In this document: positions 29,385 to 36,731 of the stretch, piece by piece
How the letters are laid out: the number at the start of each line of letters is the position of its first letter
Numbering within the stretch: the stretch's first letter is position 1
Source of the DNA: an uncultured Deinococcaceae bacterium
GTDB lineage: Bacteria > Deinococcota > Deinococci > Deinococcales > Deinococcaceae
Direction of reading: 5' to 3'
Length of the DNA: 64,000 nt
Assembly (NCBI GenBank): GCA_964252075.1
Contig: CAXULY010000006.1
Span: forward strand, 131,444 to 195,443
Made by a program: the position numbers and the translations under genes
The notes under the pieces: model-generated
Told to the model about the DNA's origin: nothing
What the model saw: the letters and a program-made list of their open reading frames with translations, nothing else
Database searches by the model: none

Positions 29385-30330
29385 AGGACAGGTCCACCAG
29401 GAGGTTCACGACGCTGACGAACAGCGCGACGAACACCACGCTGCCCTGCACGAGGGGGTAATCGCGCTGGTTGATGGCGTTGACGATCAGCCGGCCGACG
29501 CCCGGCCAGGCGAAGATGGTTTCCGTGACGATGGCGCCGCCGAGCAGCGCGCCGAACTGCAGGCCGACGATGGTCACGACGGGCAGCAGCGCGTTGCGCA
29601 GGGCGTGCCGGAGGATCACGGTGCGCGGCCGGCTGCCTTTCGCGCGGGCGGTGCGGATGTAGTCGAGCCGCAGGACCTCCAGCATGCTGGAGCGGGTGAG
29701 GCGCACCACGATGGCGATGGAGCCGAACGCCAGGGTGAGGGCGGGCAGGAAGGCGTACCGCAGGGCGTCGCGCAGCGGCCCGGCGTCGCCACGCACCAGG
29801 GCTTCGATGGCCTGGGGGAAGCTGGGGCCGCGGCCGAATGAAGGGAACCAGCCGAGTTGCTGGGAGAGCAGCAGGATCGCGAGGATGCCGAACCACACCA
29901 GGGGGACGCTGACGCCGAGCAGGGTGGTGACGCTGATCGTCACGTCCACCCAGCTGCGGGCCTTCACCGCCGCCCAGATGCCGAGCGGCACCGCCAAGAC
30001 GATGGTGATGATGAGCGCCAGCACCGCCAACTCCACCGTGGCCGGCACCGCGTCTTTCAGCAGCGCCAGCACGTCGGTGCCCTGGAAGATGCTGCGGCCG
30101 AAATCGCCCGTCAGGGTGCGCCACACGTACAGCGCGAATTGAATGGGGGCGGGCCGGTCGAGACCCATGACGTGCATGAGGCGCTGGCGTTCGGCTTCGC
30201 TGCCTTCCGTGCCGAGCAGCACCGACGCGGGGTCACCGGGGATGAGGCGCAGGATGAGGAAGACGATCAGCAGCACCCCGAGCATCACCGGGATGAACTG
30301 CAGCAGCCGCCGCACGACAAAGAGCAGCAT
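29350..30330 (-). CDS. Peptide/nickel ABC permease (DppB-like)
   Basis: IPGDPA, DYIRTARAKG, HALRNALLP, ETIFAWPGVG, NPKIRY. Confidence 0.95.
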   Translation of the reverse strand: MLLFVVRRLLQFIPVMLGVLLIVFLILRLIPGDPASVLLGTEGSEAERQRLMHVMGLDRPAPIQFALYVWRTLTGDFGRSIFQGTDVLALLKDAVPATVELAVLALIITIVLAVPLGIWAAVKARSWVDVTISVTTLLGVSVPLVWFGILAILLLSQQLGWFPSFGRGPSFPQAIEALVRGDAGPLRDALRYAFLPALTLAFGSIAIVVRLTRSSMLEVLRLDYIRTARAKGSRPRTVILRHALRNALLPVVTIVGLQFGALLGGAIVTETIFAWPGVGRLIVNAINQRDYPLVQGSVVFVALFVSVVNLLVDLSYALINPKIRYA

Positions 30331-30336
30331 GGCGAT

Positions 30337-31854
30337 CTACTTGAGGCTGACGTCTTCGAAGGAGTACCACGACCCCGCGGGATTCAGCACGTACCCGGCG
30401 ACGCGCTTGTTGTAGATCGCGACGTACCCCTGGTTGAGCATGAACACGTACGGGGCGTCCTCACTCACGACTTTGGCGGCTTCGGCGTACAGGCTCTTGC
30501 GCCGCAGGGTGCTGGTGTCGGTGCGGGCCCGTTCGAGCAGCGCGTCCACGCGGGGGTTGCTGTACTTGCCGTAGTTGCTGGTGCCGCCCGAGGTGAACTG
30601 CTGGTAGCTGGCGCGGTCAGGGTCGGTGAGGTTCAGGAAGCCGATCAGCGACACCTGGTACTTCCCGGCGGTGAGGTCGTTGAGCATCGCGGCGAAGTCG
30701 TACGCGCGCACTTTCGCGTCGATGCCGGCTTTGCGCCACTCACCCTGCAGGAACTCCAGCACCTGCTGGCGGTTGGGGTCGATGTTGGTGACCAGGTTGA
30801 GTTGCAGCGGCTTGCCGTTTTTCATGCGGATGCCGCCCTTGGTTTTCGCCACCCAGCCGGCCTGCGTGAGGAGTTTGTCGGCGGCGGCAGGGTCGAAGCC
30901 GTACTTCTTGCCGGTCGCGGAGTACATGGAGGTGCCGGGCAGCAGGAACGATTCGCCGGGCGTGTCCATGCCGTAGAAGAGCTCCTCGCTGATGGTCTGG
31001 CGGTCGGTGAGGTACGCCAGCGCCTGGCGGACGCGTTTGTCGCTGAGGATGGGGTCTTTGGTGTTGAGGTTGAGGTAGGTGTACCCGAGGCCGGTGGCGC
31101 GCTGCACGGTGAGTTGGTTGTTGCGCGCGAGGCGGTCGAGGTCCTGCGGGGGCACCGGGGAGTGAATGAAGTCCAGTTCACCGGACTCCAGGGCGATCAA
31201 GCGGACGTTGTTGTCGGGAATGGCGCGAATGACGAGCTGATCCACTTTCGGCCGCCCACCCCAGTACTGGTCGTTGGCGGCGAGTTCGATGCGGCCGCCC
31301 TTTTGCCAGCGCACCAGTTTGAAGGGGCCGGTGCCGATGGGCGTGTTGCCGAAGTTCGCGCCGGCCTTCTCGGCGGCGTCTTTCGGGACGATGCCCAGGT
31401 CGAGGTACTGAATCAGGGGCGCGTACGGTTTGGCGAGGGTAAACCGCACCTTGTAGGGATTGACCGCCTCGATTTTCGTGATGGGCGTGTAGAAGCTGCG
31501 GCGGGGGCTGTTGAATTTCTCGTCGATGACGCTTTTGAAGGTGTACACGACGTCGTCCGCCGTGAATTTGGCGCCGTTGTGGAAGGTGACGTTCTTGCGC
31601 AGGTCCACATCGAGGACGGTGGGCGACGAGTACCGCCAGCTGGTGGCGAGCGCCGGGGTGGGTTTGAGCTTGGCGTCCAGGCGGACGAGGCCGTTGAACA
31701 GCAGCTCCTGCATGCGGGTGGCGCTGGTGTCGCGGATCAACCGCGGGTCCATGGTGCCCGGCTCGACATCCAGGCCGACGTTGAAGGTCGTGGCGGCAAG
31801 GGCGGTGGCGCTCGCAAGGAGCGCGGTGGCGGTGAGGGCAGCGGACATTCGCAT
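30337..31854 (-). CDS. Peptide ABC substrate-binding protein (family 5)
   Basis: GGAGG RBS, signal peptide, TFHNGAKFTADDV, PIGTGPFKL. Confidence 0.93.
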   Translation of the reverse strand: MRMSAALTATALLASATALAATTFNVGLDVEPGTMDPRLIRDTSATRMQELLFNGLVRLDAKLKPTPALATSWRYSSPTVLDVDLRKNVTFHNGAKFTADDVVYTFKSVIDEKFNSPRRSFYTPITKIEAVNPYKVRFTLAKPYAPLIQYLDLGIVPKDAAEKAGANFGNTPIGTGPFKLVRWQKGGRIELAANDQYWGGRPKVDQLVIRAIPDNNVRLIALESGELDFIHSPVPPQDLDRLARNNQLTVQRATGLGYTYLNLNTKDPILSDKRVRQALAYLTDRQTISEELFYGMDTPGESFLLPGTSMYSATGKKYGFDPAAADKLLTQAGWVAKTKGGIRMKNGKPLQLNLVTNIDPNRQQVLEFLQGEWRKAGIDAKVRAYDFAAMLNDLTAGKYQVSLIGFLNLTDPDRASYQQFTSGGTSNYGKYSNPRVDALLERARTDTSTLRRKSLYAEAAKVVSEDAPYVFMLNQGYVAIYNKRVAGYVLNPAGSWYSFEDVSLK

Positions 31855-31865
31855 ACGGACCTCCA

Positions 31866-33062
31866 TCAGGTGAGGGCGGCGGACCACAAGGTGCGGGAGG
31901 GGGCGACGGTGCGCCCCGCCTGGATGACCGATTGGGGGTGGTGCAGGGTGTCGGGGCGTTGCAGCGGGTGGTGTTGGTACGCGACGAGGTCCGCGTGCGC
32001 GCCCACCGCGATGACGCCGAGCTCCGCCAGTTGCAGCGCGCGCGCCGCGTGGACGGTGGCGGATTGCAGGGCCTGCAAGGGCGTGACGCCCGCGTCGCGG
32101 ATCCACAGGTTGATTTCATGCGGGACGACCGGGTGGGGGATGTTGGGGCTGCCGGCATCCGTGCCGAGCGCGACGGGGATGCCGCGCTGGAAGTAGGCTT
32201 GCAGGTGGGTGGCGTAGGCCTGCATGATGCGGCGGGACTTCAGGATGGCCGACATGGGCACGCCGTCGTCGGGGCCGCAGGCGCTCATGGTGTGGTACGG
32301 CGCGAGGGTGGGGACGACGGTGGTGCCGTGCTGCGCGAGGAGCGCCATGGTCTCGTCGTCCACCAATGGGGCGTGCTCGATGGTGTCGGCGCCCGCGATG
32401 GTGGCGTTGCGGATGGCGGCGGCGGGCAGGGCGTGCGCCGCGACGCGCCGGCCGGCGGCGTGGGCGGCCTGAACGGCCGCCTGGATTTCCTCCACCGTGA
32501 ATTGCGTGTCGGTGATGTCCTCATGCTCACCGTAGGCGCCGCCGGAGCACATCAGCTTGATGACGCGCGCGCCGAGCTTGATTTGTTCCCGCACGGCCTT
32601 GAGGACTTCGTCCACGCCGTCGGCTTCGCGACCCATGCTGGCGACGTGACCGCCCGTCTGGATGATGGGTTTCCCGGCGGCAATCACGCGCGGCCCCTCG
32701 ATCACGCCGCTGTGGATGGCGCGGGCGACGCCCAGGACGGCGTCGTGGGGCGCGCCGAGGTCGCGGACGGTGGTGACGCCGCCCTGCAGGGTGCGCCTGG
32801 CGTTGCGGGCGGCGCGCAGCGTGGCGAGGGCGGGTGGTTCGCGCTGGGTGGTGACGTCCGGGTCAGGCTGACCGTCCCACACGAGGTGGACGTGCATGTC
32901 GATCAGTCCAGGCGTGACGAAGGCGCCGTGCAGGTCGATGGTGTCACCTGAGGTGCGCTGGTGGAGGTCGACGATGCGGCCGTCTTCCACCGTGATGGAG
33001 GTGGCGCGGAGCGTGTCTCCGGAAGTGACGTCGATGGGAACGAGGTTGGTGTACGTGACCAC
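31866..33062 (-). CDS. Metal-dependent amidohydrolase
   Basis: PGLIDMHVHL, GVTTVRDLG, IKLMCSGG, AAHA, IEHA, GTDAG; GGAGG before GTG 33062. Confidence 0.92.
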   Translation of the reverse strand: MVTYTNLVPIDVTSGDTLRATSITVEDGRIVDLHQRTSGDTIDLHGAFVTPGLIDMHVHLVWDGQPDPDVTTQREPPALATLRAARNARRTLQGGVTTVRDLGAPHDAVLGVARAIHSGVIEGPRVIAAGKPIIQTGGHVASMGREADGVDEVLKAVREQIKLGARVIKLMCSGGAYGEHEDITDTQFTVEEIQAAVQAAHAAGRRVAAHALPAAAIRNATIAGADTIEHAPLVDDETMALLAQHGTTVVPTLAPYHTMSACGPDDGVPMSAILKSRRIMQAYATHLQAYFQRGIPVALGTDAGSPNIPHPVVPHEINLWIRDAGVTPLQALQSATVHAARALQLAELGVIAVGAHADLVAYQHHPLQRPDTLHHPQSVIQAGRTVAPSRTLWSAALT

Positions 33063-33072
33063 ACGACCTCCA

Positions 33073-33091
33073 ACTTTCACACAGTGAAAGT
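33073..33091. promoter_or_regulatory. Putative IclR operator
   Basis: Perfect palindrome ACTTTCAC-ACA-GTGAAAGT upstream of the operon; related copy at 33970-33984. Confidence 0.7.
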
Positions 33092-33141
33092 AAGTATTGC
33101 TGGATGGAAGTAGCTTAAGTGAAGTGTGGTTCGAAATGCAA

Positions 33142-33175
33142 GAGCCAGGGCGCGACGAAAGTCGCGCCCTGGCTC
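33142..33175 (-). terminator. Intrinsic terminator after iclR
   Basis: Perfect 15-bp stem GAGCCAGGGCGCGAC/GTCGCGCCCTGGCTC, 4-nt loop, T-containing tail on the minus strand. Confidence 0.75.
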
Positions 33176-33187
33176 CGCAGCCTGCCC

Positions 33188-33949
33188 TCAAGCGAGCAGT
33201 TTGGCCTCCAGGCGCTCCGCGACCTGCCGCACCAGCTCCACGTACCGCGTCTCGCGCTCGGAATCGAAACGCATCAACGGACCCGAAATGCTGATGGCGC
33301 CCACCGCCACCCCATCTGGACCGACGATTGGCGCGGCGACCGAGAAGGCATGGTCCGCATAATCCTGCAGCGCCACGTGGTATCCACGCTCCCGAATGCG
33401 CGTCAATCGGCGGCGGACGACCTCTGGGTCGGTCTCGGTGTAGGCGGTGGCGCGGCTCAGCGGCGGCGTCAGCGCCTCAGCCACGATGTCGTCCGGACTG
33501 AACGCCAACAGACACGGACCGGTCCCACCATGATGCAGGGGCAAGCGCTCGCCGATCGGGGCGGAGGCGCGAATGGAGTACGGGGACTCCCGCAGGTCAA
33601 TCGTAACGCGCTCCATTTTGTCGCGCACCACCAAGGAAATGCTCTCGCGCGTCTCCCGCGACAACAGGTCCATCTCGCCCCGCGCGAGGTGGATCAGCGG
33701 CACACCCAGTTCCGCGGCATTGCCCAACCGCAGGCACTTGAACCCCAGGTGGTAGCGCTTGGCATCGTCAGAGACCACATAGCCCGACAACTCCAGGGTC
33801 GCGGCCATCCGAAACGCCTGTGAAAGCGTCATGCCGCACAACTCACTGATGCGCTTGAGCGGCAGGCCCGGTTCGCTGGCCACGGCCTCCAGGACCCGGA
33901 GCCCTTTGCTTAAGGCGTCAATCCGATACCGCTCCATGTCTCTTGCCAT
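33188..33949 (-). CDS. IclR-family transcriptional regulator
   Basis: ALSKGLRVLE, YHLG, IGERLPLH, IRERGY, VAAPI, AISISGP; start uncertain (33937-33955). Confidence 0.93.
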   Translation of the reverse strand: MARDMERYRIDALSKGLRVLEAVASEPGLPLKRISELCGMTLSQAFRMAATLELSGYVVSDDAKRYHLGFKCLRLGNAAELGVPLIHLARGEMDLLSRETRESISLVVRDKMERVTIDLRESPYSIRASAPIGERLPLHHGGTGPCLLAFSPDDIVAEALTPPLSRATAYTETDPEVVRRRLTRIRERGYHVALQDYADHAFSVAAPIVGPDGVAVGAISISGPLMRFDSERETRYVELVRQVAERLEAKLLA

Positions 33950-33969
33950 GTTCACATATTAAAACTCGT

Positions 33970-33984
33970 TTTCACGCAGCGAAA
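33970..33984. promoter_or_regulatory. Second putative IclR operator (autoregulation)
   Basis: TTTCACGCAGCGAAA, near-copy of the 33073 palindrome. Confidence 0.6.
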
Positions 33985-34059
33985 GCAATCAGGGGCGCGG
34001 TTCACCCGCAGCCGGCTGTCGCCCGCCCAATCATCTCAAACGACGCCACCCGACCGACG

Positions 34060-34647
34060 TTAAGCGGAACCGAGGAGGTCCGCGAGGAAGCGCAGGGTCT
34101 CCTCCACCCCACCCGCCTCAAAGCCGCACGGCAACACCACAGGCTCCTCCAGCGTCCCCAGCAGGTACGCCCTGGCCTGCAGTTGACCGTCCTCGTACCC
34201 CACCACCAGCAGGGGATGCCGGTCATCGAACACGCCTTTCCGCACCCCCCGTCTGAACCACCGCGCGTCCCGCTCCACACCCCCGAGTTGCTCGTCCGGC
34301 TGAATCAGCCAATTTCCACACCAGTCCGCGTACCCCTGCCAGACCTCACCGACCGCTTCACTCCAGGCCAGGGTGAAGCGCTCGTCGATGCTCAAGGCGG
34401 CCCGCTCCTCGTCTTTCCCGTACCACCACGGCAGACCTGCGGTGCTCGCCGTCAAAACGTGGAGGGTGTCCTCGAAGTGGTGGCCGAACAGCAAGCCGCC
34501 CCTCACGCGTCCAGGCAAGCCGAGTTGACGCTGCAGGAACCGCGTGACGAGCGGACTCGCATACATGCGGTCGATGTTGTCCGGCTTCGTGCTGGGCGAA
34601 AAGCGGTAGGTGGTCTGGGGGCCAAGGGCGCGTCTCAGGGCTCGCAT
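34060..34647 (-). CDS. JAB/MPN-like hypothetical protein (predicted catalytically inactive), copy 2
   Basis: Intact ORF with RGGLLFG and WCGNWLIQPDEQLGGVERD; paralog at 22031-22615. The ORF is well supported; the fold is inferred. Confidence 0.75.
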   Translation of the reverse strand: MRALRRALGPQTTYRFSPSTKPDNIDRMYASPLVTRFLQRQLGLPGRVRGGLLFGHHFEDTLHVLTASTAGLPWWYGKDEERAALSIDERFTLAWSEAVGEVWQGYADWCGNWLIQPDEQLGGVERDARWFRRGVRKGVFDDRHPLLVVGYEDGQLQARAYLLGTLEEPVVLPCGFEAGGVEETLRFLADLLGSA

Positions 34648-34933
34648 GGTCCGTGATGTTCGCTCCACGCCGCGGGCCTCAGGTGTGCGCATCCTGTGCC
34701 CTCCAGGCGAGGGCGTCACCACCAACACCACCTGATCCCACTGCGCGCCCGGAACACCCATGGTTCGCTAAGGTCCACCAGCGCTCCCCCGCACAGGCCC
34801 TTCCATTCGCGGTCCGTCATCGCCTGACCGGAAGGGGTGGACCCGGCGGTCGCCCTGGTCCGTGGACCATGAACATCCCACGCGCCTCCTGGGATGAGAT
34901 GGGCCCACCCAGCGGAACTCCTTACACTGGGGC

Positions 34934-35566
34934 ATGCCCGACACCTTGAAGGCGCGCGTGGTGGACCTCCTGCGCGTGCAGGGGCCCCTCTCGGACCGTG
35001 AACTGACCGACCAGTTGCTCGGCGCGCAGGCCGGACCGCAGCCCATCAACCAGGCGTGCCGTCAACTGGAGGCCGAGGGCGTGATCGTGCGGACCAAGCA
35101 GGCGGGGGCACGCATTCAGAACATCCTGGTGGGCGCCCAAGTCGTGACCCCACAGGAACACCCAGCCCCAACAGAGGACGCGGACGCGCTGTCAGAGGAC
35201 GCCCTGAAGCGCATCCTCGTGCGGTGGCTTGAGGCGGGCGGCTGGACCATCCGCGGCGTGGCCATGGCACACGCGCACGGCATCGACATTGACGCCCAGC
35301 GTGGCGCGGAGCGCTGGATCATCGAGGTGAAGGGCCTCGGCTCGCGCGACCCCATGCGCGTGAACTACTTCCTCGGGGTGCTCGGGGAGACGCTGCAACG
35401 CATGACGGACCCCACCGCGCGCTACAGTATCGCCTTGCCTGACCACAAGCAATTCGTGGGCTTGTGGTCGCGCCTCCCGGCCCTGGCGAAGGAACGCACA
35501 GGCATTACCGCCCTGTTCATCAGCGCTGAGGGGCACGTGCGGCACGAGGTCAGGACGTCGGTGTGA
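34934..35566 (+). CDS. Winged-HTH + PD-(D/E)xK nuclease protein
   Basis: N-terminal HTH (LSDRELTD...INQACRQLE), LSED, GIDIDAQRGAERWIIEVKG; TACACT 5 nt upstream of ATG. Confidence 0.8.
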   Translation: MPDTLKARVVDLLRVQGPLSDRELTDQLLGAQAGPQPINQACRQLEAEGVIVRTKQAGARIQNILVGAQVVTPQEHPAPTEDADALSEDALKRILVRWLEAGGWTIRGVAMAHAHGIDIDAQRGAERWIIEVKGLGSRDPMRVNYFLGVLGETLQRMTDPTARYSIALPDHKQFVGLWSRLPALAKERTGITALFISAEGHVRHEVRTSV

Positions 35567-36687
35567 CGGACGGGCCGCGCCTGCTGGCGTCGATCCTGCG
35601 GCATGACGCGAAGCAGAACACCTACAAGCTTGCCCTGGTGCGCGCCCTGAACGACGTGCGCCTCTCGTACCTGAACGTGCTGGGCGAGCGGGGCATGGCG
35701 GTGCCGCTGCGACTCCTCGCGGAGTTCTGGATCGCGTACTACTGGCCGTTCATGGACGAGCGCGCGCCCCTGTTGCAGGGGCCTCAGGCGCGGCGGGATG
35801 CGCGCCTGCGAAACGACCTGTCCTTCCGGCCCGCCCTCACCCGACTGCAGGCCGAATGGCGCGCGTTGGTCGGAGTGGACGGCCCAGCGGACGGCTTCAC
35901 GGTGATTCACGAGTGGCGCTCGCTCCGGCGGCGCGCCACGCTCCCCGCGAGCTTTCACGCCCATTACCGACAGGCGGTGGCGGCGGTCGTGGACGCGCTG
36001 CGCCAGCCCATCCGGTACGCCGGCGTGGGTACGCACGGGATTTTCCCGAAACCCGCGCCCGCGGACGCGCTCGGCGTTCCCGCCCTCCCCGGCACGGGCC
36101 CGCGCGAGGTGTGCGTCGTCGTGCCCCCCGAGCTGTGGTCGGCGCTCGCGCCGCTTTCCTTATGGGTGGAGGCGCTGTGTGTGTACGAGTGGAGTCAATT
36201 CACCGCCACGCGCTTCGGGCACGACCGCAGCCACGTGTACGCCCTGCTGACCGCCCGGCCCGACAACCGCCGCCCCCTCACCTGGGAGCGCAACCAGATC
36301 GAGCTGCTGATGCTGGAAGGGCAGGTCTTTACCTGCCCCTGGACGCGCAAGCCCTTGTCCGTGGAGGCGTACGACGTGGACCACGTGCTGCCGCTGAGCG
36401 TGTACCCCATCAACGAGCTGTGGAACCTGGTGCCCGCGGACCGCTCATTCAACCAGCACCGCAAGCGGGACCGCCTCCCCGGAGCTGCGGCGCTCGAACG
36501 GGCGGGTCCGGTGCTGGAGGGGACGTACGCGCGCTACCTGGCGTCCCCACAGCTCGCGCCGGTCCTCGCTCAAGACGTTACTGCGCGTTTCGCGGTGCCG
36601 ATGCGTCACTGCCCCGAGCAGATCGCGGCGGCCGTCACGCGGTACGTGGAGGCGGTGGCGGACGCGCGCAACCTCACGCGCTTCTGA
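35563..36687 (+). CDS. HNH endonuclease-domain protein
   Basis: N-terminal NTYKLALVRAL, C-terminal DVDHVLP...NELWNLVPADRSFNQHRKRD; GTGA overlap with the upstream gene. Confidence 0.88.
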   Translation: MTDGPRLLASILRHDAKQNTYKLALVRALNDVRLSYLNVLGERGMAVPLRLLAEFWIAYYWPFMDERAPLLQGPQARRDARLRNDLSFRPALTRLQAEWRALVGVDGPADGFTVIHEWRSLRRRATLPASFHAHYRQAVAAVVDALRQPIRYAGVGTHGIFPKPAPADALGVPALPGTGPREVCVVVPPELWSALAPLSLWVEALCVYEWSQFTATRFGHDRSHVYALLTARPDNRRPLTWERNQIELLMLEGQVFTCPWTRKPLSVEAYDVDHVLPLSVYPINELWNLVPADRSFNQHRKRDRLPGAAALERAGPVLEGTYARYLASPQLAPVLAQDVTARFAVPMRHCPEQIAAAVTRYVEAVADARNLTRF

Positions 36688-36731
36688 ATCCTGGCATCAC
36701 GCACTCCAAGCAACGCTGTCCGGCGTGGAGG

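Noticed and set aside
22031..34647. CBASS or ubiquitin-like system suggested by the JAB-like genes
   Set aside because: No CD-NTase, E1, E2 or Ubl genes in the window, and JAMM catalytic residues are absent
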